Source: Eledone cirrhosa
Taxonomy: Eukaryota
DNA length: 64,000 nucleotides
Reading direction: 5' to 3'
NCBI GenBank assembly: GCA_964016885.1
Contig: OZ024743.1
Span: 141,980,001-142,044,000 of the forward strand
Positions 36,201 through 49,499 of the stretch are shown one piece after another; positions within the stretch are counted from its first letter, which is position 1, and every line of letters begins with the position of its first letter. A model generated the notes under the pieces. That model was not told the DNA's origin. It saw only the letters and a list, made by a program, of their open reading frames with translations, and did not search any database. Made by a program: the position numbers and the translations under genes.

Positions 36201-37499
36201 GTGTTTGCTGTTTGGTGCTAGATGCTTGGTGCTTGGTGTTTGGTGTTTGGTGTTTGGTGTTTGGTGCTTCGTGCTTGGGGTTTGGTGTTTGGTGCTTGGT
36301 GCTTGGTGCTTGGTCTTTGGTGCTTGGTGCTTGGTGTTTGGTGTTTCGTGTTTGGTGCTTCGTGCTTGGTGTTTGGTGCTGGGTGGTTGGTATTTGGTGC
36401 TTGGTGCTTGGTGTTTGGTGCTTGGTGCTTGGTGCTTGGTGTTTGGTGCTTGGTGCTTGGTGTTTGGTCTTTGGTGCTTGGTGTTTGGTGTTTGGTGCTT
36501 GGTGCTTGGTTCTTGGTGTTTGGTGCTTGGTGATTAGTGTTTGGTGCTTGGTGCTTGGGGTTTGGTGTTTGGTGCTTGGTGCTTGGTGTTTGGTGCTTGG
36601 TACTTGGTGTTTGGTGCTTGGTGTTTGGTGTTTGCTGTTTGGTGTTTGGTGTTTGGTGTCTGCTTTTTGGTGTTTGGTGTTTGCTGTATGGTGTTTGCTG
36701 TTTCGTGTTTGGTGTTTGCTCTTTGGTGTTTGGTGTTTGCTGTTAGGTGTTTGGTCTTTGGTGCTTGGTGTTTGGTGCTTGGTGTTTGGTGTTTGGTGCT
36801 TGGTGCTTGGTGTTTGGTGTTTGGTGCTTGGTGCTTGGTGCTTGGTGTTTGGTGTTTGGTGCTTGGTGTTTGGTGTTTGGTGTTTGGTGCTTGGTGTTTG
36901 GTGTTTGGTGCCTGGTGTTTGGTGTTTATTGCTTGTTGCTTGGTGCTTGGTGCTTGGCGTTTGGTGTTTGGTACTTGGGGTTTGGTGCTGGGTGCTTGGT
37001 GTTTGGTGCTTGGTGCTTGGTGCTTGGTGCTTGGTGTTTCGTGTTTGGTGCTGGGTGCTTGGTGTTTGGTGTTTGGTGTTATATGCTTGGTGTTTGATGC
37101 TTGGTGCTTGGTGCTTGGTGTTAGGTGTTTGGTGCTTGGTGTTTGATGCTTGGTGTTTGATGCTTGGTGCTTGGTACTAGGTGTTTGGTGCTTGGTGCTT
37201 GGTGTTTGTACTTGGTGCTTGGTGCTTGGTTCTTGGTGTTTGGTGCTTGGTGCTTGGTGCTTGGTGCTTTGTGTTTGGTGCTTGGTGTTTGGTGCTTGGT
37301 GTTTGGTGCTTGGTGCCTGCTGCTTGGTGCTTGGTGTTTGGTGCTTGGTGTTTGGGGCTTGGTGTTAGGTGTTTGGTGCTTGGTGCTTGGTGTTTGGTGT
37401 TTGTTGCTTTGTTTTTGGTGCTTGGTGCTTGGTGTTTGGTGTTTGGTCCTTGGTGTTTGGTGCTTGGTACTTGGTGCTTGGTGCTTGGTGTTATGTGTT

Positions 37500-40400
37500 T
37501 GGTGCTTGGTGCTTGGTGTTTGGTTTTTGGTGCTTGGTGTTTGGTGCTTGGTGTTTGGTGTTTGGTGCTAGGTGCTTGGTGCTTGGTGTTTGGTGCTTGG
37601 TGCTTGGTGTTTGGTGTTTGGTGTTTGGTGCTTGGTGCTTGGTGTTTGGTGCTTGGTGCTTGGTGCTGGGTGGTTGGTGTTTGGTGCTTGGTGTTTGGTG
37701 CTGGGTGCTTGGTGTTTGGTGCTTGGTGTTTGGTGCTTGGTGTTTGGTGTTTGGTGCTTGGTGCTTGGTGTTTGGTGCTTGGTTCTTGGTGTTTGGTGCT
37801 TGGTGCTTAGTGTTTGGTGCTAGATGCTTGGGGTTTGGTGTTTGGTGCTTGGCGTTTGGTGCTTGGTGCTTGGTGTTTGGTGTTTGGTGTTTGGTGCTTG
37901 GTGCTTGGTATTTGGTGTTTGCTGTTTGCTGTTTGGTGTTTGTTGTTTGGTGTTTGTTGTTTGGTGTTTGCTGTTTGCTGTTTGGTGTCTGCTTTTTGGT
38001 GTTTGGTGTTTGCTGTATGTTGTTTGCTGTTTGGTGTTTGGTGTTTGGTATTTGGTGTTTGGTGCTTGGTGCTTGGTGTTTGGTGCTTGGTGCTTGGTGT
38101 TTGGTGCCTGGTGCTTGGTGCTTGGTGTTTGGTGTTTGGTGCTTGGTGCTTGGTGCTTGGAGTTTGGTGTTTGGTGCTTGTTGCTTGGTGTCTTGTGTTT
38201 GGTGTTTGGTTTTTGGTGCTAGGTGCTTGGTGCTTGGTCCTTGGTGTTTGATGCTGGGTGCTTTGTGTTTGGTGCTTGGTGCTTCGTGCTTGGTGTTTGG
38301 TGTTTGCTGTTTGGTGTTTGGTGCTTGGTGCTTGGTGTTTGGTGTTTTGAGTTTGGTGCTTGGTGCTTGGTGTTTGGTGCTTTGTGCTTGGTGCTTGGTG
38401 TTTGTACTTGGTGCTTGGTGCTTGGTGTTTGGTTCTTGGTTCTTGGTGTTTGGTACTTGGTGCTTGGTGCTTGGTGTTTGGTGCTTGGTGTTTGGTGCTT
38501 GTTGCTTGGTGTTTGGTGCTTGGTGTTTGGTGTTTGGTGCTTGGTGCTTGGTGTTTGGTGTTTGGTGTTTGCTGTTTGGTGTCTTCTTTTTGGTGTTTGG
38601 TGTTTGCTGTATGGTGTTTGCTGTTTCGTGTTTAGTATTTGCTGTTTGGTGTTTGGTGCTTGGTGCTTGGTGTTTGGTGCTTGGTGCTTGGTGCTGGGTG
38701 GTTGGTGTTTGGTGCTTGGTGTTTGGTGCTGGGTGCTTGGTGTTTGGTGCTTGGTGCTTGGTGTTTGGTGCTTGGTGTTTGGTGTTTGGTGCTTGGTGCT
38801 TGGTGTTTGGTGCTTGGTGCCTGGTGTTTGGTGCTTGGTGCTTAGTGTTTGGTGCTAGATGCTTGGGATTTGGTGTTTGGTGCTTGGTGTTTGGTGCTTG
38901 TTGCTTGGTGTTTGGTGTGTGGTGTTTGGTGCTTGGTGCTTGGTATTTGGTGTTTGATGTTTGCTGTTTGGTGTTTGTTGTTTGGTGTTTGGTGTTTGGT
39001 GTTTGGTGTTTGGTGTTTGCTGTTTGGTCTCTGCTTTTTGGTGTTTGGTGTTTGCTGTATGTTGTTTGCTGTTTGGTGTTTGGTGTTTGGTATTTGGTGT
39101 TTGGTGCTTGGTGCTTGGTGTTTGGTGCTTGGATCTTGGTGTTTGGTGCCTGGTGCTTGGTGCTTGGTGTTTGGTGTTTGGTGCTTGGTGCTTGGTGCTT
39201 GGAGTTTGGTGTTTGGTGCTTGTTGCTTGGTGTTTTGTGTTTGGTGTTTGGTTTTTGGTGCTTGGTGCTTGGTGCTTGGTCCTTGGTGTTTGGTGCTGGG
39301 TGCTTTGTGTTTGGTGCTTGGTGCTTCGTGCTTGGTGTTTGGTCTTTGCTGCTTGGTGTTTGGTGCTTGGTGCTTGGTGCTTGGTGTTTTGAGTTTGGTG
39401 CTTGGTGCTTGGTGTTTGGTGCTTGGTGCTTTGTGCTTGGTGTTTGTACTTGGTGCTTGGTGTCTTGGTGTTTGGTTCTTGGTTATTGGTGTTTGGTACT
39501 TGGTGCTTGGTGCTTGGTGTTTGGTGTTTGGTGCTGTGGTGTTTGGTGCTTGTTGCTTGGTGTTTGGTGCTTGGTGTTTGGTGTTTGGTGCTTGGTGCTT
39601 GGTGTTTGGTGTTTGGTGTTTGCTGTTTGCTGTTTGGTGTTTGGTGTTTGCTGTTTGCTGTTTGGTGTCTGCTTTTTGGTGTTTGGTGTTTGCTGTTTGG
39701 TGTTTGGTCTTTGGAGTTTGGTTTTTGGTGCTTGGTGCTTGGTGTTTGGTGTTTGGTGCTTGCTGCTGGCTGCTTGGTGCTTGGTGATTGGTGCTTGGTG
39801 TTTGGTGCTTGGTGTTTGGTGTTTGGTGCTAGGTGCTTGGTGCTTGGTGTTTGGTGCTTGGTGCTTGGTGTTTGGTGTTTGATGTTTGGTGCTTGGTGCT
39901 TGGTGTTTGGTGCTTGGTGCTTGGTGCTGGGTGGTTGGTGTTTGGTGCTTGGTGTTTGGTGCTGGGTGCTTGGTGTTTGGTGCTTGGTGCTTGGTGTTTG
40001 GTGCTTGGTGTTTGGTGTTTGGTGCTTGGTGCTTGGTGTTTGGTGGTTGGTGCTTGGTGTTTGGTGCTTGGTGCTTAGTGTTTGGTGCTTGGTGCTTGGT
40101 GTTTGGTGTTTGGTGTTTGGTGCTTGGTGCTTGGTATTTGGTGTTTGCTGTTTGCTGTTTGGTGTTTGTTGTTTGGTGTTTGTTGTTTGGTGTTTGCTGT
40201 TTGGTGTTTGCTGCTTGGTGTTTGGTGCTTGGTGCTTGATGCTTGGTGTTTTGTGTTTGGTGCTTGGTGCTTGGTGTTTGGTGCTTGGTGCTTGGTTCTA
40301 GGTGTTTGTACTTGGTGCTTGGTGTTTGGTGCTTGGTGCTTGGTGCGTGGTGTTTGGTGTTTGGTGCTTGGTTCTTGGTGCTTGGAGTTTGGTGTTTGGT

Positions 40401-43400
40401 GCATGTTGCTTGGTGTTTGGTGCTTGGTGCTTTGTGCCTGGTGTTTGGTGTTTGCTGCTTGGTGTTTGGTGCTTGGTGCTTGGTGCTTGGTGTTTTGAGT
40501 TTGGTGCTTGTTGCTTGGTGTTTGGTGCTTGGTGCTTGGTGCTTGGTGTTTGTACTTGGTGCTTGGTGCTTGGTGTTTGGTTCTTGGTTCTTGGTGTTTG
40601 GTACTTGGTGCTTGGTGCTTGGTGCTTGGTGTTTGGTGCTTGGTGTTTGGTGCTTGTTGCTTGGTGTTTGGTGCTTGGTGTTTGGTGTTTGGTGCTTGGT
40701 GCTTGGTGTTTGGTGTTTGGTGTTTGCTGTTTGCTGTTTGGTGTTTGGTGTTTGCTGTTTGCTGTTTGGTGTCTGCTTTTTGGTGTTTGGTGTTTGCTGT
40801 ATGGTGTTTGCTGTTTTGGTGTTTCGTGTTTGCTGTTTGGTGTTTGGTCTTTGGTGCTTGGTGTTTGGTGCTTGGTGCTTGGTGTTTGGTGTTTGGTGCT
40901 TGGTGTTTGGTGTTTGGTGTTTGGTGCTTGGTGCTTGGTGCTTGGTGTTTGGTGTTTGGTGTTTGGTGCTTGGTGTCTGGTGCTTGGTGCTTGGTGTTTG
41001 GTGCTTGGTGTTTGGTGTTTGGTGTTTGGTGCTTGGTGCTTGGTGTTTGGTGTTTGGTGCTTGGTGTTTGGTGTTTGGTGCTTGTTGCTTGGTGCTTGGT
41101 GCTTGGTGTTTGGTGCTTGGTGCTTGGTGTTTGGTGCTGGGTGCTGGGTGCTTGGTGTTTGGTGCTTGGTGCTTGGTGCTTGGTGTTTGGTGCTTGGTGC
41201 TTGGTGCTTGGTCTTTGGTGCTTGGTGTTTGCTGTTTGGTGCTTGGTGCTTGGTGCTTCGTGTTTGGTGCTTGGTGATTAGTGTTTGGTGCTTGGTGCTT
41301 GGGGTTTGGTGTTTGGTGCTTGGTGCTTGGTGTTTGGTGCTTGGTACTTGGTGTTTGGTGCTTGGTGTTTGGTGTTTGCTGTTTGGTGTTTGGTGTTTGG
41401 TGTTTGGTGTTTGCTGTTTGGTGTCTGCTTTTTGGTGTTTGGTGTTTGCTGTATGGTGTTTGCTGTTTTGTGTTTAGTGTTTGCTGTTTGGTGTTTGGTG
41501 CTTGGTGCTTGGTGTTTGGTGCTTGGTGCTTGGTGCTGGGTGGTTGGTGTTTGGTGCTTGGTGTTTGGTGCTGGGTGCTTGGTGTTTGGTGCTTGGTGCT
41601 TGGTGTTTGGTGCTTGGTGTTTGGTGTTTGGTGCTTGGTGCTTGGTGTTTGGTGCTTGGTGCCTGGTGTTTGGTGCTTGGTGCTTAGTGTTTGGTGCTAG
41701 ATGCTTGGGGTTTGGTGTTTGGTGCTTGGTGTTTGGTGCTTGTTGCTTGGTGTTTGGTGTTTGGTGTTTGGTGCTTGGTGCTTGGTATTTGGTGTTTGAT
41801 GTTTGCTGTTTGGTGTTTGTTGTTTGGTGTTTGTTGTTTGGTGTTTGCTGTTTGGTGTTTGGTGTTTGGTGTTTGCTGTTTGGTGTCTGCTTTTTGGTGT
41901 TTGGTGTTTGCAGTATGTTGTTTGCTGTTTGGTGTTTGGTGTTTGGTATTTGGTGTTTGGTGCTTGGTGCTTGGTGTTTGGTGCTTGGATCTTGGTGTTT
42001 GGTGCCTGGTGCTTGGTGCTTGGTGTTTGGTGTTTGGTGCTTGGTGCTTGGTGCTTGGAGTTTGGTGTTTGGTGCTTGTTGCTTGGTGTTTTGTGTCTGG
42101 TGTTTGGTTTTTGGTGCTTGGTGCTTGGTCCTTGGTGTTTGGTGCTGGGTGCTTTGTGTTTGGTGCTTGGTGCTTGGTGCTTGGTGTTTGGTCTTTGCTG
42201 CTTGGTGTTTGGTGCTTGGTGCTTGGTGCTTGTTGTTTTGAGTTTGGTGCTTGGTGCTTGGTGTTTGGTGCTTGGTGCTTGGTGCTTGGTGTTTGTACTT
42301 GGTGCTTGGTGCTTGGTGTTTGGTTCTTGGTTCTTGGTGTTTGGTACTTGGTGCTTGGTGCTTGGTGTTTGGTGTTTGGTGCTTGGTGTTTGGTGCTTGT
42401 TGCTTGGTGTTTGGTGCTTGGTGTTTGGTGTTTGGTGTCTGCTTTTTGGTGTTTGGTGTTTGCTGTTTGGTGTTTGGTCTTTGGTGTTTGGTTTTTGGTG
42501 CTTGGTGCTTGGTGTTTGGTGTTTGGTGCTTGCTGCTGGCTGCTTGGTGCTTGGTGATTGGTGCTTGGTGTTTCGTGCTTGGTGTTTGGTGTTTGGTGCT
42601 AGGTGCTTGGTGCTTGGTGTTTGGTGCTTGGTGCTTGGTGTTTGGTGCTTGGTGCTTGGTGCTGGGTGGTTGGTGTTTGGTGCTTGGTGTTTGGTGCTGG
42701 GTGCTTGGTGTTTGGTGCTTGGTGCTTGGTGTTTGGTGCTTGGTGTTTGGTGTTTGGTGCTTGGTGCTTGGTGTTTGGTGGTTGGTGCTTGGTGTTTGGT
42801 GCTTGGTGCTTAGTGTTTGGTGCTAGGTGCTTGGGGTTTGGTGTTTGGTGCTTGGTGTTTGGTGCTTGGTGCTTGGTGTTTGGTGTTTGGTGTTTGGTGC
42901 TTGGTGCTTGGTATTTGGTGTTTGCTGTTTGCTGTTTGCTGTTTGTTGTTTGGTGTTTGTTGTTTGGTGTTTGCTGTTTGGTGTTTGCTGCTTGGTGTTT
43001 GGTGCTTGGTGCTTGATGCTTGGTGTTTTGTGTTTGGTGCTTGGTGCTTGGTGTTTGGTGCTTGGTGCTTGGTGCTAGGTGTTTGTACTTGGTGCTTGGT
43101 GTTTGGTGCTTGGTGCTTGGTGCTTGGTGTTTGGTGTTTGGTGCTTGGTTCTTGGTGCTTGGAGTTTGGTGTTTGGTGCATGTTGCTTGGTGTTTGGTGC
43201 TTGGTGCTTTGTGCTTGGTGTTTGGTGTTTGCTGCTTGGTGTTTGGTGCTTGGTGCTTGGTGCTTGGTGTTTTGAGTTTGGTGCTTGGTGCTTGGTGTTT
43301 GGTGCTTGGTGCTTGGTGCTTGGTGTTTGTACTTGGTGCTTGGTGCTTGGTGTTTGGTTCTTGGTTCTTGGTGTTTGGTACTTGGTGCTTGGTGCTTGGT

Positions 43401-46400
43401 GCTTGGTGTTTGGTGCTTGGTGTTTGGTGCTTGTTGCTTGGTGTTTGGTGCGTGGTGTTTGGTGTTTGGTGCTTGGTGCTTGGTGTTTGGTGTTTGGTGT
43501 TTGCTGTTTGCTGTTTGGTGTTTGGTGTTTGCTGTTTGCTGTTTGGTGTCTGCTTTTTGGTGTTTGGTGTTTGCTGTATGGTGTTTGCTGTTTTGGTGTT
43601 TGGTGTTTGCTGTTTGGTGTTTGGTCTTTGGTGCTTGGTGTTTGGTGCTTGGTGCTTGGTGTTTGGTGTTTGGTGCTTGGTGTTTGGTGTTTGGTGTTTG
43701 GTGCTTGGTGCTTGGTGCTTGGTGTTTGGTGTTTGGTGTTTGGTGCTTGGTGTCTGGTGCTTGGTGCTTGGTGTTTGGTGCTTGGTGTTTGGTGTTTGGT
43801 GTTTGGTGCTTGGTGCTTGGTGTTTGGTGTTTGGTGCTTGGTGTTTGGTGTTTGGTGCTTGTTGCTTGGTGCTTGGTGCTTGGTGTTTGGTGCTTGGTGC
43901 TTGGTGTTTGGTGCTGAGTGCTGGGTGCTTGGTGTTTGGTGCTTGGTGCTTGGTGCTTGGTGTTTGGTGCTTGGTGCTTGGTGCTTGGTCTTTGGTGCTT
44001 GGTGTTTGCTGTTTGGTGCTTGGTGCTTGGTGCTTCGTGTTTGGTGCTTGGTGATTAGTGTTTGGTGCTTGGTGCTTGGGGTTTGGTGTTTGGTGTTTGG
44101 TGTTTGCTGTTTGGTGTCTGCTTTTTGGTGTTTGGTGTTTGCTGTATGGTGTTTGCTGTTTCGTGTTTAGTGTTTGCTGTTTGGTGTTTGGTGCTTGGTG
44201 CTTGGTGTTTGGTGCTTGGTGCTTGGTGCTGGGTGGTTGGTGTTTGGTGCTTGGTGTTTGGTGCTGGGTGCTTGGTGTTTGGTGCTTGGTGCTTGGTGTT
44301 TGGTGCTTGGTGTTTGGTGTTTGGTGCTTGGTGCTTGGTGTTTGGTGCTTGGTGCCTGGTGTTTGGTGCTTGGTGCTTAGTGTTTGGTGCTAGATGCTTG
44401 GGGTTTGGTGTTTGGTGCTTGGTGTTTGGTGCTTGTTGCTTGGTGTTTGGTGTTTGGTGTTTGGTGCTTGTTGCTTGGTGTTTGGTGTTTGGTGTTTGGT
44501 GCTTGGTGCTTGGTATTTGGTGTTTGATGTTTGCTGTTTGGTGTTTGTTGTTTGGTGTTTGTTGTTTGGTGTTTGCTGTTTGGTGTTTGGTGTTTGGTGT
44601 TTGCTGTTTGGTGTCTGCTTTTTGGTGTTTGGTGTTTGCTGTATGTTGTTTGCTGTTTGGTGTTTGGTGTTTGGTATTTGGTGTTTGGTGCTTGGTGCTT
44701 GGTGTTTGGTGCTTGGATCTTGGTGTTTGGTGCCTGGTGCTTGGTGCTTGGTGTTTGGTGTTTGGTGCTTGGTGCTTGGTGCTTGGAGTTTGGTGTTTGG
44801 TGCTTGTTGCTTGGTGTTTTGTGTTTGGTGTTTGGTTTTTGGTGCTTGGTGCTTGGTGCTTGGTCCTTGGTGTTTGGTGCTGGGTGCTTTGTGTTTGGTG
44901 CTTGGTGCTTCGTGCTTGGTGTTTGGTCTTTGCTGCTTGGTGTTTGGTGCTTGGTGCTTGGTGCTTGGTGTTTTGAGTTTGGTGCTTGGTGCTTGGTGTT
45001 TGGTGCTTGGTACTTGGTGCTTGGTGTTTGTACTTGGTGCTTGGTGCTTGGTGTTTGGTTCTTGGTTCTTGGTGTTTGGTACTTGGTGCTTGGTGCTTGG
45101 TGTTTGGTGTTTGGTGCTTGGTGTTTGGTGCTTGTTGCTTGGTGTTTGGTGCTTGGTGTTTGGTGTTTGGTGCTTGGTGCTTGGTGTTTGGTGTTTGGTG
45201 TTTGCTGTTTGCTGTTTGGTGTTTGGTGTTTGCTGTTTGCTGTTTGGTGTCTGCTTTTTGGTGTTTGGGGTTTGCTGTTTGGTGTTTGGTCTTTGGTGTT
45301 TGGTTTTTGGTGCTTGGTGCTTGGTGTTTGGTGTTTGGTGCTTGCTGCTGGCTGCTTGGTGCTTGGTGATTGGTGCTTGGTGTTTGGTGCTTGGTGTTTG
45401 GTGTTTGGTGCTAGGTGCTTGGTGCTTGGTGTTTGGTGCTTGGTGCTTCGTGTTTGGTGTTTGGTGTTTGGTGCTTGGTGCTTGGTGTTTGGTGCTTGGT
45501 GCTTGGTGCTGGGTGGTTGGTGTTTGGTGCTTGGTGTTTGGTGCTGGGTGCTTGGTGTTTGGTGCTTGGTGCTTGGTGTTTGGTGCTTGGTGTTTGGTGT
45601 TTGGTGCTTGGTGCTTGGTGTTTGGTGGTTGGTGCTTGGTGTTTGGTGCTTGGTGCTTAGTGTTTGGGGCTAGGTGCTTGGGGTTTGGTGTTTGGTGCTT
45701 GGTGTTTGGTGCTTGGTGCTTGGTGTTTGGTGTTTGGTGTTTGGTGCTTGGTGCTTGGTATTTGGTGTTTGCTGTTTGCTGTTTGGTGTTTGTTGTTTGG
45801 TGTTTGTTGTTTGGTGTTTGCTGTTTGGTGTTTGCTGCTTGGTGTTTGGTGCTTGGTGCTTGATGCTTGGTGTTTTGTGTTTGGTGCTTGGTGCTTGGTG
45901 TTTGGTGCTTGGTGCTTGGTCCTAGGTGTTTGTACTTGGTGCTTGGTGTTTGGTGCTTGGTGCTTGGTGCTTGGTGTTTGGTGTTTGGTGCTTGGTTCTT
46001 GGTGCTTGGAGTTTGGTGTTTGGTGCATGTTGCTTGGTGTTTGGTGCTTGGTGCTTCGTGCTTGGTGTTTGGTGTTTGCTGCTTGGTGTTTGGTGCTTGG
46101 TGCTTGGTGCTTGGTGTTTTGAGTTTGGTGCTTGGTGCTTGGTGTTTGGTGCTTGGTGCTTGGTGCTTGGTGTTTGTACTTGGTGCTTGGTGCTTGGTGT
46201 TTGGTTCTTGGTTCTTGGTGTTTGGTACTTGGTGCTTGGTGCTTGGTGCTTGGTGTTTGGTGCTTGGTGTTTGGTGCTTGTTGCTTGGTGTTTGGTGCTT
46301 GGTGTTTGGTGTTTGGTGCTTGGTGCTTGGTGTTTGGTGTTTGGTGTTTGCTGTTTGCTGTTTGGTGTTTGGTGTTTGCTGTTTGCTGTTTTGGTGTTTG

Positions 46401-48400
46401 GTGTTTGCTGTTTGGTGTTTGGTCTTTGGTGCTTGGTGTTTGGTGCTTGGTGCTTGGTGTTTGGTGTTTGGTGCTTGGTGTTTGGTGTTTGGTGTTTGGT
46501 GCTTGGTGCTTGGTGCTTGGTGTTTGGTGTTTGGTGTTTGGTGCTTGGTGTCTGGTGCTTTGTGCTTGGTGCTTGGTGTTTGGTTCTTGGTTCTTGGTGT
46601 TTGGTACTTGGTGCTTGGTGCTTGGTGCTTGGTGTTTGGTGCTTGGTGTTTGGTGCTTGTTGCTTGGTGTTTGGTGCTTGGTGTTTGGTGTTTGGTGCTT
46701 GGTGCTTGGTGTTTGGTGTTTGGTGTCTGCTTTTTGGTGTTTGGTGTTTGCTGTATGGTGTTTGCTGTTTTGGTGTTTGGTGTTTGCTGTTTGGTGTTTG
46801 GTCTTTGGTGCTTGGTGTTTGGTGCTTGGTGCTTGGTGTTTGGTGTTTGGTGCTTGGTGTTTGGTGTTTGGTGTTTGGTGCTTGGTGCTTGGTGCTTGGT
46901 GTTTGGTGTTTGGTGTTTGGTGCTTGGTGTCTGGTGCTTTGTGCTTGGTGTTTGGTGCTTGGTGTTTGGTGTTTGGTGTTTGGTGCTTGGTGCTTGGTGT
47001 TTGGTGTTTGGTGCTTGGTGTTTGGTGTTTGGTGCTTGTTGCTTGGTGCTTGGTGCTTGGTGTTTGGTGCTTGGTGCTTGGTGTTTGGTGCTGAGTGCTG
47101 GGTGCTTGGTGTTTGGTGCTTGGTGCTTGGTGCTTGGTGTTTGGTGCTTGGTGCTTGGTGCTTGGTCTTTGGTGCTTGGTGTTTGCTGTTTGGTGCTTGG
47201 TGCTTGGTGCTTCGTGTTTGGTGCTTGGTGATTAGTGTTTGGTGCTTGGTGCTTGGGGTTTGGTGTTTGATGTTTGCTGTTTGGTGTTTGTTGTTTGGTG
47301 TTTGTTGTTTGGTGTTTGCTGTTTGGTGTTTGGTGTTTGGTGTTTGCTGTTTGGTGTCTGCTTTTTGGTGTTTGGTGTTTGCTGTATGTTGTTTGCTGTT
47401 TGGTGTTTGGTGTTTGGTATTTGGTGTTTGGTGCTTGGTGCTTGGTGTTTGGTGCTTGGATCTTGGTGTTTGGTGCCTGGTGCTTGGTGCTTGGTGTTTG
47501 GTGTTTGGTGCTTGGTGCTTGGTGCTTGGAGTTTGGTGTTTGGTGCTTGTTGCTTGGTGTTTTGTGTTTGGTGTTTGGTTTTTGGTGCTTGGTGCTTGGT
47601 GCTTGGTCCTTGGTGTTTGGTGCTGGGTGCTTTGTGTTTGGTGCTTGGTGTTTCGTGCTTGGTGTTTGGTCTTTGCTGCTTGGTGTTTGGTGCTTGGTGC
47701 TTGGTGGTTGGTGTTTTGAGTTTGGTGCTTGGTGCTTGGTGTTTGGTGCTTGGTGCTTGGTGCTTGGTGTTTGTACTTGGTGCTTGGTGCTTGGTGTTTG
47801 GTTCTTGGTTCTTGGTGTTTGGTACTTGGTGCTTGGTGGTTGGTGCTTGGTGTTTGGTGCTTGGTGTTTGGTGCTTGTTGCTTGGTGTTTGGTGCTTGGT
47901 GTTTGGTGTTTGGTGCTTGGTGCTTGGTGTTTGGTGTTTGGTGTTTGCTGTTTGCTGTTTGGTGTTTTGTGTTTGCTGTTTGCTGTTTGGTGTCTGCTTT
48001 TTGGTGTTTGGTGTTTGCTGTTTGGTGTTTGGTCTTTGGTGCTTGGTGTTTGGTGCTTGGTGCTTGGTGTTTGGTGATTGGTGTTTGGTGCTTGGTGTTT
48101 GGTGTTTGGTGTTTGGTGCTTGGTGCTTGGTGCTTGGTGTTTGGTGTTTGGTGCTTGGTGTCTGGTGCTTGGTGTTTGGTGTTTGGTGCTTGGTGTTTGG
48201 TGTTTGGTGTTTGGTGCTTGGTGCTTGGTGCTTGGTGTTTGGTGCTTGGTGTTTGGTGTTTGGTCCTTGTTGCTTGGTGCTTGGTGCTTGGTGTTTGGTG
48301 CTTGATGCTTGGTGTTTGGTGCTGGGTGCTGGGTGCTTGGTGTTTGGTGCTTGGTGCTTGGTGCTTGGTGTTTGGTGCTTGGTGCTTGGTGCTTGGTCTT
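37500..48400. repeat. Higher-order repeat domain, period about 2.7-2.86 kb, about 3.5-4 copies
   Basis: GGATC at 39131, 41987, 44715 and 47458. ORF-track series 38961/41803/44531/47274, 39402/42251/44986/47729 and 40243/43020/45867. Private variants TTTTGAGTTT and GCATGTTGC. Confidence 0.92.
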
Positions 48401-49499
48401 TGGTGCTTGGTGTTTGGTGCTTGGTGCTTGGTGCTTGGTGATTGGTGCTTGGTGATTAGTGTTTGGTTCTTGGTGCTTGGGGTTTGGTGTTTGGTGCTTG
48501 GCGCTTGGTGTTTGGTGCTTGGTACTTGGTGTTTGGTGCTTGGTGTTCGGTGTTTGGTGTTTGGTGTTTGGTGTTTGCTGTTTGGTGTCTGCTTTTTGGT
48601 GTTTGGTGTTTGCTGTATGGTGTTTGCTGTTTCGTGTTTGGTGTTTGCTGTTTGGTGTTTGCTGTTTGCTGTTTGGTGTTTGGTCTTTGGTGCTTGGTGT
48701 TTGGTGCTTGGTGCTTGGTGTTTGGTGTTTGGTGCTTGGTGTTTGGTGTTTGGTGTTTGGTGCCTGGTGTTTGGTGTTTATTGCTTGTTGCTTGGTGCTT
48801 GGTGTTTGGTGCTTGGTGTTTGGTGCTGGGTGCTTGGTGTTTAGTGCTTGGCGCTTGGTGCTTGGTGTTTCGTGTTTGGTGCTTGGTGCTTGTTGTTTGG
48901 TGTTATATGCTTGGTGTTTGATGCTTGGTGCTTGGTGCTTGGTGTTTGGTGTTTGGTGCTTGGTGTTTGATGCTTGGTGTTTGATGCTTGGTGCTTGGTG
49001 CTTGGTGTTTGGTGCTTGGTGCTTGGTGTTTGTACTTGGTGCTTGGTGCTTGGTTCTTGGTGTTTGGTGCTTGGTGTTTGGTGCTTGGTGCTTTGTGTTT
49101 GGTGCTTGGTGTTTGGTGCTTCGTGTTTGGTGCTTGGTGCCTGGTGCTTGGTGCTTGGTGCTTGGTGTTTGGTGCTTGGTGTTTGGTGCTTGGTGTTAGG
49201 TGTTTGATGCTTGGTGCTTGGTGTTTGGTGCTTGGTGTTTTGTGCTTGGTGCTTGGTGTTTGGTGTTTGGTGCTTGGTGTTTGGTGCTTGCTACTTGGTG
49301 CTTGGTGCTTGGTGTTAGGTGTTTGGTGCTTGGTGCTTGGTGTTTGGTTTTTGGTGCTTGGTGCTTGGTGTTTGGTGTTTGGTGCTTGCTGCTGGCTGCT
49401 TGGTGATTGGTGCTTGGTGTTTAGTGCTTGGTATTTGGTGTTTGGTGCTAGGTGCTTGGTGCTTGGTGTTTGGTGCTTGGTGCTTGGTGTTTGGTGTTT

